From Candidatus Eiseniibacteriota bacterium (GTDB lineage: Bacteria > Eisenbacteria > RBG-16-71-46 > CAVPCR01): 64,000 nt of DNA. Numbering within the stretch: position 1 is the stretch's first letter; each line of letters begins with the position of its first letter. The notes below the pieces were generated by a model. The model was given only the letters and a program-made list of their open reading frames with translations. It searched no databases and was not told where the DNA came from. Both the position numbers and the translations under genes were made by a program. The DNA lies in contig CAVPCR010000002.1 in the NCBI GenBank assembly GCA_963702435.1, forward strand, positions 416,001-480,000, given 5' to 3'. Below are positions 39,147 through 48,876 of this stretch, in pieces.

Positions 39147-40278
39147 GGGGGACCTCGGATTCGCGGGCCTCGGATTGGGCGAGACGGGTCTTGATCGTGT
39201 CGATCGCCTCGATCGGCGTCGGGTTCGTGCGGTTGAGCACCGCGAGGTACACGCTCACGTAGTCACCGAGGTGCAGGAGACCGAACATGCGGGCGAGGCG
39301 GGAGCCGTTCCCGCTCCACACCTGGCTCACCTCGGCCCCGGCCTCGACGATCATCTCGCTCGCCGCCTCGATGCGCCGCTGCGTGCGCGCGTCGTCCTCG
39401 GCGTCGCGCAGGACGAGGACGTGCGAGTTGGCGACGACCGGGCTCTTGCCGGCCCAGCCCACGATCTCGTTGTGCGTGAGCTCCGGGTAGAGCGAGTGGA
39501 AGGCGAGCGCCTTCGCGTTCTCGGCGAGCTGGCTCTTCCAGCGCATGGCCACGGCCTCGAGGTGGTCGGCCGAGGCATGGACCACCACCAGCCGGTTGAC
39601 CAGCTTCCGCGCGAGCTGCTTCGCGATGTTCTCCTCCATCGGCACCTCGACCTGACAGCGATCGCCGGCCTCGCGGACGCGGAGGAGGAGCTCTTCGAGC
39701 TCGCCCCAGCGCGGGGGGACCACCTCGAGGCGCCAGAGGGTCGTCAGGATGGGGATGAAGGCGTAGGCGACCGCGGCCCGCGGCGGCAGCCCGCCCGGGA
39801 TGCGGATCCACGGTACCCCGTCCCGCCCGCACTTCTCGGCCAGCTTGCCGCCGGTCGTGAGGCAGATGACCCGGGCCCGCTTGCGCCGGGCGTCCTCGTA
39901 CAGGGCGAGGGCCTCCTCGGTGTTCCCCGAGTAGCTTGCGCAGAGGACGAGCGTCCCCTGCCCCACTGCGCGCGGCAAAGCGTAGTTGCGGACCGTGACG
40001 AACGGAATCTCGATCGTGTCGGCGAGATAGCAGCGGAGGAGGTCGCCGGCGATGGCCGAGCCGCCCATCCCGGCGAAGACGAGCGCCCGGAAGGGACCGT
40101 AAGCGGTGCCGATGGCGGCCTTCTGCCCGATCTGGATCGCCGCCTCGCACTGGGTCGGCAACGCCGCCACCAGATCGATCATGCCCTGGCGATCGACGCG
40201 CGCGATCGCGGACTTCGAATCGAGCGACATCTTCTTCGCGTCCGCGGACGGCGTCGGGTTCCCCGACATCATCATCAT
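39139..40278 (-). CDS. Bifunctional phosphoglucose/phosphomannose isomerase (SIS domain)
   Basis: GMGGSAIAG, SYSGNTEE, GLPPR, ENAK, PELTHNE, GDYVSVYLA. Confidence 0.9.
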   Translation of the reverse strand: MMMMSGNPTPSADAKKMSLDSKSAIARVDRQGMIDLVAALPTQCEAAIQIGQKAAIGTAYGPFRALVFAGMGGSAIAGDLLRCYLADTIEIPFVTVRNYALPRAVGQGTLVLCASYSGNTEEALALYEDARRKRARVICLTTGGKLAEKCGRDGVPWIRIPGGLPPRAAVAYAFIPILTTLWRLEVVPPRWGELEELLLRVREAGDRCQVEVPMEENIAKQLARKLVNRLVVVHASADHLEAVAMRWKSQLAENAKALAFHSLYPELTHNEIVGWAGKSPVVANSHVLVLRDAEDDARTQRRIEAASEMIVEAGAEVSQVWSGNGSRLARMFGLLHLGDYVSVYLAVLNRTNPTPIEAIDTIKTRLAQSEARESEVPRG

Positions 40279-40334
40279 CCCCGACTCCTCACCCGGCTAC
40301 GCCGTTCCCGCCGGCCCGCGCCGGCGCGCACCAT

Positions 40335-40394
40335 CTCGTCATACCTCACTCGTCATACCTCACTCGTCACACCTCACTCGTCATCCCTCGTCAT
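40335..40394. repeat. Intergenic tandem repeat (14-bp unit made of two heptamers)
   Basis: CTCGTCATACCTCA x2, CTCGTCACACCTCA, then partial CTCGTCATCC and CTCGTCAT. Confidence 0.85.
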
Positions 40395-42229
40395 GCCAGC
40401 AGAAAGGCCGGCAAGAGGCCGGCCATGCGGGCCAGCACGAGCGTGCGGACCGCCGCCGCCGAATCGAGGCGCAGTGCTTCCTCGGCCACCGCCCGCGCGT
40501 CCGCGTAGGCGATGGCGCGCACCACGGTCTTCACTTCCGGGAGGAGGAAGGGGCTCACCGACAGCTCGTCGAAACCCATGCCGACGAGAAGCACCACGGC
40601 GAGAGGATCGGCGGCCATTTCGCCACAAATGCCTACCCATATCCGTTCCGCCCGGGCGGCGTCAACCACAATCCGGAGGCTCCGGAGGATGGCCGGGTGC
40701 AACGGCTGATAGAGGGCCGCCGTCTTCGGATTCGAGCGGTCGGCGGCCATCGTGTACTGGATCAGGTCGTTGGTGCCGACCGAGAAGAAGTCGACCTCGC
40801 GGGCCAGGATGTCGGCGATCATCACCGCAGAGGGCGTCTCGACCATGATCCCGAACTCGACCCGGTCGCCGTGCGGCACGCGCGCCCGGTCGAGCTCGGC
40901 CACCACCTCGGCGGCCAGGGCGCGGGCGGCGCGGATCTCCTCGACGGTCGCGATCATCGGGAGCATGAGCTTGACCCGGCCGTAGCGGCTCGCCCGGTAG
41001 ATCGCCCGGAGCTGCGTGCGGAAAGCCTCGCGGTGCTCGAGCGAGAAGCGGATGCCCCGCCAGCCGAGGAAGGGGTTCGACTCGCGGTCGGCGCGATCGG
41101 CGCCCAGATAGGAGGCCACCTTGTCGCCGCCGAGATCCATGGTGCGGATGATGACCGAACGCGGATTCATGCGCTCGGCCACGTCGCGATAGGCCGTGAA
41201 CTGCTCCTGCTCGTCGGGCATGCGCGCCCGATCGATGTAGAAGAACTCGGTGCGGTAGAGACCGATCGAATCGGCCCCGTGCTCGAGCACGTGCTCGACG
41301 TCGGCGGGCGATTCCAGGTTGGCCCCGAGCTCGATGCGCCGGCCGTCGGTGGTGACCGCGGGCTGATCGCGCAGCCCGGCGAGGCTCCCCTCGAACGCCT
41401 GGTACTCGTGGCGCCGGCGTTCGTAGGAGGCGAGCACCTCCGGCGACGGGCGGAGGACCACCGCCCCGTCGAGCCCGTCCACGATGGCGAGGTCCCCCGG
41501 CCGCACGTGGCGGAGGAGCCCGCGCACCCCGACCACCGCCGGCACCCCCTTCGACCGGGCCATGATGGCGGCATGCGCCGTCACTCCCCCGTACTCGGTG
41601 GCGAATCCCGCGATGCCGGCGCGGTCGAGGAGGGCGGCGTCGGACGGCGAGATCTCGCGCCCCAGGAGCACGCACTGGGCCGGGAAGGCCGGGCGGTCCT
41701 CGTCGAGGCCGAGCAGGAGGCGGAGCACGCGGCGCTTGATGTCGCGGAAGACGTCGGCCCGCTCGCGGCGGAACTCGTCGTCCGAGTCCTCGAGCGTCTC
41801 GATCATGCGCGCGACGTGATGGCGGAAAACGTACGCCGCCGCCTTGCGCTCGCTCCGGATGCGGGCGATGACCGGGTCGATGACGAGGCGATCCTCGAGG
41901 AAGAGCAACTGAGCGTCGAAGATGCGCGCTTCCTCCTCGCCGACGTCCTCGGCCACCCGGGCCCGGAGGAAGGTGACCTGCTCGCGCGCCTTGTCGATCG
42001 CCCGCAGCAGGCGCTCGGTCTCGGACTCGACGGCCGCCGGCAGGAGGTCCTCTTCGGGAACCTGGATCTCGACGGGTGCGAGAACGTGCGCGGCGCCGAA
42101 GGCGATACCGGGCGCCGCCGCGATGCCCTTCAGGAGAAGGCTCGCCGCGCCGGCGGCGGGAGCCGCCGGATCGGCGGCGCCTGGGGGGCCGGAGGCGGCC
42201 CGGAAGCCTGCGTTCGGTGCTCGCGTCAC
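40391..42229 (-). CDS. ptsI: PEP-protein phosphotransferase (PTS enzyme I)
   Basis: GGVTAHAAIMAR (active His), GLYRTEF, RTMDLGGDK, NPFLGWRGIR, GTNDLIQY, CGEMA; start 42229-42271. Confidence 0.95.
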   Translation of the reverse strand: MTRAPNAGFRAASGPPGAADPAAPAAGAASLLLKGIAAAPGIAFGAAHVLAPVEIQVPEEDLLPAAVESETERLLRAIDKAREQVTFLRARVAEDVGEEEARIFDAQLLFLEDRLVIDPVIARIRSERKAAAYVFRHHVARMIETLEDSDDEFRRERADVFRDIKRRVLRLLLGLDEDRPAFPAQCVLLGREISPSDAALLDRAGIAGFATEYGGVTAHAAIMARSKGVPAVVGVRGLLRHVRPGDLAIVDGLDGAVVLRPSPEVLASYERRRHEYQAFEGSLAGLRDQPAVTTDGRRIELGANLESPADVEHVLEHGADSIGLYRTEFFYIDRARMPDEQEQFTAYRDVAERMNPRSVIIRTMDLGGDKVASYLGADRADRESNPFLGWRGIRFSLEHREAFRTQLRAIYRASRYGRVKLMLPMIATVEEIRAARALAAEVVAELDRARVPHGDRVEFGIMVETPSAVMIADILAREVDFFSVGTNDLIQYTMAADRSNPKTAALYQPLHPAILRSLRIVVDAARAERIWVGICGEMAADPLAVVLLVGMGFDELSVSPFLLPEVKTVVRAIAYADARAVAEEALRLDSAAAVRTLVLARMAGLLPAFLLA

Positions 42230-42245
42230 GATGGCCTCTCTGCGG

Positions 42246-42512
42246 CTAGTCTTCGCCGAATCTCGAGTCAATGAGCGCGACGAGCGCCGAGAGCGCCTCG
42301 GCGGCGTCGTCGCCTTCGACCCGGATATCGATCTCCGATCCCTGCTCGGCGGCGAGCATCATGACACCCATGATGCTCTTGCCGTTCACCTCGAGGCCGT
42401 TCTTCGAGATGAAGACCTCCGAGCGGAAGCGTGCCGCTTCCTTGACGAGAAGGGCGGCCGGCCGGGCATGCACGCCGAGCCGATTCTGGATGATCACTCG
42501 CCGCTTGAGCAT
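42246..42512 (-). CDS. ptsH: Phosphocarrier protein HPr
   Basis: GVHARPAA, NGKSIMGVMML. Confidence 0.95.
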   Translation of the reverse strand: MLKRRVIIQNRLGVHARPAALLVKEAARFRSEVFISKNGLEVNGKSIMGVMMLAAEQGSEIDIRVEGDDAAEALSALVALIDSRFGED

Positions 42513-42560
42513 CGGTCGTCCACCTTGTCGCCCGTTTCTCTCCGCCGTGGCTTTCCCGCC

Positions 42561-43415
42561 CTAGTGGCTCGCTCCGGCCGCGAGCAGGAGGACGAGCACG
42601 ACCATCGCCACCCGCTCGGGTGCGATCTGGAACCGCGCGGCGCCCGCGCCGAGGAGTCCCCCGGCGACGAGGAGCGCTGCACCTCGTATCCCTCCGGCGG
42701 TCGTGGCCGCGGCCGCCTGCCCTACGGCGAGCGCGAGCCGCCCGGCGAGCGCGCCGAGGAGAACGGGTCCCAGCACCTCGCAGCAGCTTGCGATGCGGGT
42801 CACGCCGAACCCGCGCGCCGCCGGCGCCGGCGCGCGGTCGCCGTCGGGATGGAGATCGAGTCCTTGCCGGACCGCTCGCCAGCGCGTCACCAGGTAGGGG
42901 CCATTATAGAAGGCGAGGGCGGTCAGAACGGAAGCCCAAGCCCAAGGAAGGCCGCCGCCCGGATCCCCGGAGGGAACCCCCGGGCCGGGGTGGAAGAGGC
43001 CCTCGATCCCCCGGCTCGCTTGCCCCGCCCCGGACCCGAGGAGCAGGAGGAGCATCCCGAGCACCCCGAGGAGAGGGCGCAGCCATCCCCAGAAGACGCG
43101 GTCGCCGAGGGCGGCGAGCGGCCCCTCGAGTCGCCGCTTGAGCGCGGCCACCGCGTCGTGCGCCGCCTCGTCCCCGGTCCCGGCGGCCAGCAGGTCGCGC
43201 TCGGTCGCCGCGACCGCGCCGAGCAGCACCCCGGAGAGCGCCGGATTCGTGTTCACGTAGTCGAGATGTCGGCGCACGAAGGCGGCCTCGATCGCCCCGG
43301 GACGGCCGCGGACGAGCGGCAGCAGGGCGAAGGTGAACCCCAGGGCCTGCATGCGTTCGCGATTCCAGCCGGCCTGGAGAAGGAGCCCGCGCAGGAAGAG
43401 CCGCGCCTGACTCAT
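42561..43415 (-). CDS. PTS mannose-family IID component
   Basis: LQAGWNRERMQALGF, RHLDYVNTNP, GPLAALGDRVFWG. Confidence 0.85.
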   Translation of the reverse strand: MSQARLFLRGLLLQAGWNRERMQALGFTFALLPLVRGRPGAIEAAFVRRHLDYVNTNPALSGVLLGAVAATERDLLAAGTGDEAAHDAVAALKRRLEGPLAALGDRVFWGWLRPLLGVLGMLLLLLGSGAGQASRGIEGLFHPGPGVPSGDPGGGLPWAWASVLTALAFYNGPYLVTRWRAVRQGLDLHPDGDRAPAPAARGFGVTRIASCCEVLGPVLLGALAGRLALAVGQAAAATTAGGIRGAALLVAGGLLGAGAARFQIAPERVAMVVLVLLLAAGASH

Positions 43416-44179
43416 GGCCGGACCCCGAGGAGGACGGCGGCGATCGCTCCCGCACCGGCGAGGACGAGCCCGCGCACCCGTCGCACACCGAGGAGTCGCT
43501 CCCCGGCCGCCAGCCCGATCCCGCCGACGAGGGCGACGACGAGAACGGCGCGCAGCCCACCCGCCGGAGCCCGCCGGGCCCAGGACCCGACGGCCGCGAT
43601 CGCCGGCAGGAGAAGCACGACCGTGAGCGCCCCGCGCAGGGCGGCGAGGCAAACGGCCCCGGCCACCGCGGCCCGGACGGCGCGCGAGGTGGCTGCCGCC
43701 TCGGCCCGGGCGAGGAGATCGCGGTTCCGCCGCCGGGTCCACACATCGCTCAGACGACCGAGATCGGCGGCCACGAGACCGAGAAGGAGCGCGACCGCGA
43801 GAGGCCCGCCGGCGAGCTCGGACGGCGATCCCGCCGCGCCCGACGCCCCCGCTCCCGCCGCGCGGGCGAGGGCGGCCCCGGCCACGACCGCACCCGTCCC
43901 GGCATCCGGGGGGATCACCCCGCCCACGGGCCGGTGCCCGGCCAGGAGGAGGCCGATGAGCGCGCCGGCGAGCGCCCCTTCGAGCGGGCGCCCGACCACC
44001 GCCCCGGCCAGGGTCCCCGCGACGAGCGGGTGGGCCAGCTGGAGCTGGGCCACGCTCGCCTGGTCGACCGCAACCACGGCCCCGAGCAGGACGAGCCCCG
44101 CCGCGCGCCACCCAGGAAATGACGCCAATGCGTCAATGATTGCGGAGAGGCCGCCGAGGACGGCGGCGGGGTCAATCAT
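43412..44179 (-). CDS. PTS mannose-family IIC component
   Basis: HPLVAGTLAG, PVGGVIPPD; hydrophobic; synteny with IIB and IID. Confidence 0.8.
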   Translation of the reverse strand: MIDPAAVLGGLSAIIDALASFPGWRAAGLVLLGAVVAVDQASVAQLQLAHPLVAGTLAGAVVGRPLEGALAGALIGLLLAGHRPVGGVIPPDAGTGAVVAGAALARAAGAGASGAAGSPSELAGGPLAVALLLGLVAADLGRLSDVWTRRRNRDLLARAEAAATSRAVRAAVAGAVCLAALRGALTVVLLLPAIAAVGSWARRAPAGGLRAVLVVALVGGIGLAAGERLLGVRRVRGLVLAGAGAIAAVLLGVRP

Positions 44180-44663
44180 CGCGCGCCGCCGGCGCCGCTC
44201 CGAGGAGCGGCGCGAGATCGGTCGGCCGCCGGCTCGGCACATCTTGTGCGATGAGCGCGATCCCGGCGGCGGCGAGAGCGCGGAGCGCAGTGCGGTCCGC
44301 GGCGTCGAGATAGACGAAATCGAGGATGCGATCCTTGCCGGCCGCGTGGTGGATGCCGCCGACGACGATGCAGGTGACACCGATCCCGTCGCGCACGAGA
44401 GCGAGCGCGTCGGCCGCCGAGCCGGCGATCACGAGCACCCGCCCGGAGGCGGCGCGCACGCGGGCCGCCGCCTGCGCGAGCGGCTCGACGGCGAGGGCGA
44501 CGGCCGGGGGCAGGGCGGCGGCGTAGAGCTCCCGCGTGAAATCGTCCGCCGCCGCGAGGTCGCTGGCGACGAGGACGAGATCGGGATGCAGGGCCTCGAT
44601 CCAGTTCTCGACCACCTGGCCGTGCAGGAGGCGATCGTCGAGGCGGAAGTCGACCCGATTCAT
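44172..44663 (-). CDS. PTS mannose-family IIB component
   Basis: RLDDRLLHGQV signature, QDVP. Confidence 0.88.
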   Translation of the reverse strand: MNRVDFRLDDRLLHGQVVENWIEALHPDLVLVASDLAAADDFTRELYAAALPPAVALAVEPLAQAAARVRAASGRVLVIAGSAADALALVRDGIGVTCIVVGGIHHAAGKDRILDFVYLDAADRTALRALAAAGIALIAQDVPSRRPTDLAPLLGAAPAARDD

Positions 44664-45112
44664 GACTCCGGCGCTCCATCGGTCACGTCGCCCCGGCCGC
44701 GCGGCGCCGGGAATGCGGCCACCCCGCGGTGCGCGCGCATGAGGATCGCTTCGACCAGGTCCTCGAGCGGACGGGCATCCCCCCGGCACTGGAGGAAGGC
44801 GATCACCATGGGCAGGTTGACGCCGGTCAGGAGCCGCACCTCGGGCGCGGCCAGGAGGGAGCTCACGGCCTGCGCGCAGCTCCCGCCGAGGAGATCGACG
44901 AAGACGAGGAGCGGGCTCGCCGGCGCCAGGGCGTGGAAGGCCCCGACCTCGGCCGCGATGTCGGCCGCCGAGAGACCGCGATTCGAGAGCGCGGTCAGGC
45001 CCGTCGTGTTCCCGACGATGAGCTCCGCGGTGCGGAGGATCTCGGCGCCGAGCTCGCCGTGCGTGAGGATGAGCCCCCGAGCGAGAGGGCCCGGGGTATC
45101 GCCGGTCGTCAC
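44660..45112 (-). CDS. PTS mannose-family IIA component
   Basis: ILTHG, VDLLGGS, GVNLPM; GTGA overlap with hprK stop. Confidence 0.88.
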   Translation of the reverse strand: MTTGDTPGPLARGLILTHGELGAEILRTAELIVGNTTGLTALSNRGLSAADIAAEVGAFHALAPASPLLVFVDLLGGSCAQAVSSLLAAPEVRLLTGVNLPMVIAFLQCRGDARPLEDLVEAILMRAHRGVAAFPAPRGRGDVTDGAPES

Positions 45113-46077
45113 TCCCGGTCGTCCAGGAACGGCGGATGGATCATCGGATTGGCTTTCAGGTGGCGGGTCAGCCGCTCGTTGAAGGCCTTGGCCGGATGGT
45201 GCCCGTAGACCTTGACCAGGTAGTTGAGAGCCACGGTCTCGGCGATCACCGTGATGTTCTTCCCCGGGAAGATGGGGATGGTGACCAGCGGGATGCGCAC
45301 GCCGAGGATCGTGGTCTGCCGCTCGTCGATGCCGACTCGCTCGTAGTCCTCCGCCGCATCCCACTCCTTCAGGTTCACCTCGACCTCGACGCGCTTCTGC
45401 ATGCGGATGGCGCGGATCCCGAAGATGGCCTGCACGTCGATGATGCCCAGGCCGCGGATCTCCATGTGGTGCCGGAGGAGCTCGTTGCCGGAGCCGAGCA
45501 GGATGTCGTCGTGCCGGCGGGTGACCGTGACCACGTCGTCGGCCACCAGCCGGTGCCCGCGTTCGACCAGGTCGAGCGCGCACTCCGACTTGCCGATGGC
45601 GCTCCGCCCCGTGAACAGGAGCCCGACGCCGTAGACGTCGACCAGCGACCCGTGCACGGTCGTCTGCGGCGCGAAGATGACGTCGAGGTAGGCGGTGAGC
45701 TGATGGATGAACGGAGTCGTCGACTTGGACGTGCGCAGCACCGGGATCTGTCGCTCGTTCCCCAGCTCGACGATGCGCGCCGGGATGTCGAGCGCCTTGC
45801 ACACGATGATGCACGGGATCGGGTACTTGAACAGGCGATCGATGGCCTGGTCGCGGGCCGCGTCCGCGAGCGTCGACAGGTACCAGATCTCGGTCTGCCC
45901 GAGGATCTGGATCCGCTCGAAGAGGAAGTTCTCCTCGAACCCGGACAGGAGGAGACCCGGCCGGCTGATGTCGGAGACCGTGATGTGAGCGCGCGCGGCG
46001 ACCGAGTCGGTGAGCACCTCGATCTCGAGGTCCTCGTGCTTGTCCCGGTAGAACTGCTCGACCGAGAGGCGCTCCAT
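45109..46077 (-). CDS. hprK: HPr kinase/phosphorylase
   Basis: RPGL, HGSLVDVYGVG, GKSECALDL, LVADD, EIRGLGII. Confidence 0.95.
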   Translation of the reverse strand: MERLSVEQFYRDKHEDLEIEVLTDSVAARAHITVSDISRPGLLLSGFEENFLFERIQILGQTEIWYLSTLADAARDQAIDRLFKYPIPCIIVCKALDIPARIVELGNERQIPVLRTSKSTTPFIHQLTAYLDVIFAPQTTVHGSLVDVYGVGLLFTGRSAIGKSECALDLVERGHRLVADDVVTVTRRHDDILLGSGNELLRHHMEIRGLGIIDVQAIFGIRAIRMQKRVEVEVNLKEWDAAEDYERVGIDERQTTILGVRIPLVTIPIFPGKNITVIAETVALNYLVKVYGHHPAKAFNERLTRHLKANPMIHPPFLDDRE

Positions 46078-46085
46078 GGCCAGCT

Positions 46086-46607
46086 CTACCCCGCCGGCTC
46101 GATCAGGCCGTAGCTGCCGTCCTCGCGCCGGTAGATGACCGTCGTCTTGCGGGTGGCCGCGTTCTCGAACACGAGGATCTCGCCGCCCTCGTCATCGAGC
46201 GCCGCCAGCGCCTGCTCGACGGTCAGCGACTCGGGCATTTCCATCGTGTCGCGGAACGTGATCTGCGGGGCGGCGGCCGCCGGTCCGAGCGCGTAGGCGC
46301 TCTGCCGCCCGCTCCGGCGCCCGCGCGAGGCTCGCTTCTCCTTGAAGCGCTTGAGCTGCTCGGTCAACTTGTCGATGACCGTGTCCACCGACGACTGCAT
46401 GTCGGGCGACTCTTCGCGACCGACGAAGTCGCGGCGGCGCGCGAGCAGGGTCACCTCGGCGATGTGCCGGTAGTTCTCGGTAGATAGAATCACCCGCGCC
46501 TCGCGGATGCCGTCATGATACTGCATGAGCTTCTCCACCTTGCGCGTGACGTAGTCGCGCAGCTCGGCGGGAACCTCGCAGTGCCGGGCCGTGAACTGAA
46601 CCTCCAT
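46086..46607 (-). CDS. hpf: Ribosome hibernation promoting factor (long HPF/RaiA)
   Basis: FTARH, DMQSSVD...QLKRFKEK, VIYRREDGSYGLIEP. Confidence 0.88.
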   Translation of the reverse strand: MEVQFTARHCEVPAELRDYVTRKVEKLMQYHDGIREARVILSTENYRHIAEVTLLARRRDFVGREESPDMQSSVDTVIDKLTEQLKRFKEKRASRGRRSGRQSAYALGPAAAAPQITFRDTMEMPESLTVEQALAALDDEGGEILVFENAATRKTTVIYRREDGSYGLIEPAG

Positions 46608-46657
46608 GCTCCCATCCTCCTCAGCACTGTTCGGCGGGCGCCCGGTCGGGCGCCCGC

Positions 46658-48119
46658 CTACGAGTGGCGCTTGCGGTAGCGGGCAGGCAGGATCCCCATC
46701 TGCTCGCGATACTTGGCCACGGTGCGGCGGGCGATCTTGAGCCCGTCGCGAATGCAGGATGTCCGCGATCCGCTGGTCCGACAGCGGTTCTCGCTTCTCC
46801 TCCCCGTCGATCAGCTGCTGGATGATGTCGCGGGCCGTCTTCGCCGACATGTCCTCGCCGCTCGCGGTCTCCAGCCCGCTCGAGAAGAAGTACTTCAGCT
46901 CGAAGACGCCGCGCGGGGTCTGCACGTACTTGTTGGTGGTGACCCGGCTCACGGTGGACTCGTGCATGCCGATCTGGCTCGCCACCTGCTGCAGGGTGAG
47001 CGGCCGGAGCGACTCGAGCCCCTTGTCGAAGAAGGACCGCTGCTGCTCCACGATGCAGTTCATGACCTTGACCATCGTCCGCCGGCGCTGCTCGATGGTC
47101 TGGATCAGCCACTTGGCCGAGTTGAGCTTGCCCAGGATGTACTCCTGGGTCTCGTCGCCCTTCTTGCGATCGGGTGAGGAGCTCGCGATACGCGTTCGAC
47201 ACGCGGAGCCGCGGCACGTTGCGGTCGTTCAGGTAGACGACGTAGTCGTCGTCCACGCGGTCGACCACGAGGTCGGGGATCACGTACTTGACCTCCTCCC
47301 CCGCGATCTCGTTCCCGGGGCGCGGGCTCAGGGTCGCGATCGAATCGGCGGCCTCCTGTACCTGCTCGACCGTGACGTGGAGCGCGCGCGCGATCTCCTG
47401 GTAACGCCGTTCCTGAGATTCTCGAACTCCCGGTCCACCACCTGGTAGGCGAGCGTGCCGGCGTGGCCGCGGGCCTTGAGCTGGATCAGGAGGCACTCGC
47501 GAAGGTCGCGGGCGCCGACGCCGGGCGGATCGAGGCTCTGCAGGAGCGCAATCGCTTCCTTGACCTTCGCCACCTCGGCGCTCACCGCCGCCGCCGCCTC
47601 CTCGTCGCTGGCCATGAGGTAGCCGCGCTCATCCATGTTCCCGATCAGGTACTCTCCGATCCGCACCAGCTCGGGATCGGAGGTGGCCAGCCGGAACTGG
47701 GTGGTCAAATGATCGGCCAGGGTCACCTGGGTAACCGGCACCTTGTCGTAGAAGTCCTCGGCGCTCTGCACCTCGCCGCGGCCGTAGTGACCGTCCGAGT
47801 CACCCTGCCAGTACTCCTCCCACTCGGCGAGGCTCTTCTCGGCTTCCGCCTTGGGCGAGATCTCGGCGTCCGGATCGGGCTCCGGCTCGGCCGGCTCGGC
47901 CGGCTCGGCCGGCTCGGTCGGCTCGGACTCCGGCACCTCGGTCTCGGCGTCCTCGTACTCGACGATCTCCTCGAGCAGCGGGTTCTGCTGCATCTCCTGC
48001 TGGAGGATCTGCTGCAGCTCGAGCGTCGGCACCTGCAGCAGCTTGAGCGCCTGCTGCAGGCGCTGCGTCATGACGAGCGTCGTCTTCTGCTGGAGGTGGA
48101 GCCCGTGTTTCATTTCCAT
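46658..48119 (-). pseudogene. rpoN: RNA polymerase sigma-54 factor, split by three frameshifts as sequenced (probably sequencing errors)
   Basis: LQQALKLLQ..NPLLE, DPPGVGARDLRECL, HESTVSR, RpoN box ARRTVAKYRE found in successive frames; shifts near 47410, 47172 and 46751. Confidence 0.9.
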
Positions 48120-48876
48120 AGGATCGACGCCTCGTACAGCCTGAACTTCTCGCCCAGGTAGATCTCACGCGCCCGCGCATCGTCGGCCAGCTCCTGCGCG
48201 GTGCCCGAGATGATGATCTTGCCTTCGTACATGATGTAAGCGCGGTCGGTGATGCGGAGAGTCTCGCGCACGTTGTGGTCGGTGATCAGAACGCCGATGC
48301 CGCGCCGGCGCAGGTCCCCGATCACCTCCTGCAGATCGGCCACCGCGATCGGGTCGATGCCGACAAAGGGCTCGTCGAGCAGCATGAAACGCGGGCGCGT
48401 GGTCAGCGAGCGCGCGATCTCCACCCGCCGCCGCTCGCCGCCGGAGAGATTGTAGCCGTGCCGCTTGCCGAGGTGCGCGATCTTGAGCTCATCCAGTAAC
48501 CTGCTCGTACCGGCGTTCGCGCTCCGACTTGTCTATGCGCAGGGTCTCGAGGATTCCCATGATGTTGTCGCGCACGGTGAGCCGGCGGAAGATGGAGGAC
48601 TCCTGTGGCAGGTAGCCGATCCCGAGGCGCGCCCGGAGGTACATCGGGAGGCGCGTCACATCGCTGTCCTCGAGCAGGATCCGCCCCGAGTGCGGCGCGA
48701 TGGAGTCCGACGATCATGTAGAACGTCGTGGTCTTCCCCGCGCCGTTCGGACCGAGGAGCCCCACCACCTCGCCGCCCCGCACGTCGAGGCTCACCTCGC
48801 TCACCACGCGCCACTTTCCGTAGTACTTGACGAGGTCGACGGCGCGAAGGAGGGGCTTTTCCTCAAGGAGTTCCAT
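48110..48876 (-). pseudogene. lptB: LPS export ABC ATPase LptB, two frameshifts as sequenced (probably sequencing errors)
   Basis: [44 protein letters not shown] in three frames; shifts near 48702 and 48500. Confidence 0.9.

Noticed and set aside
40335..40394. Possible CRISPR array
   Set aside because: Units are 7/14 bp with no spacers and no cas genes
46086..47075. Apparent RpoN C-terminus-HPF fusion ORF
   Set aside because: Produced by the frameshift near 46751; the RpoN box and stop (46658) are in another frame and hpf has its own start at 46607
47880..47925. 9-bp GGCTCGGCC tandem repeat
   Set aside because: In-frame EPA low-complexity linker of RpoN region II
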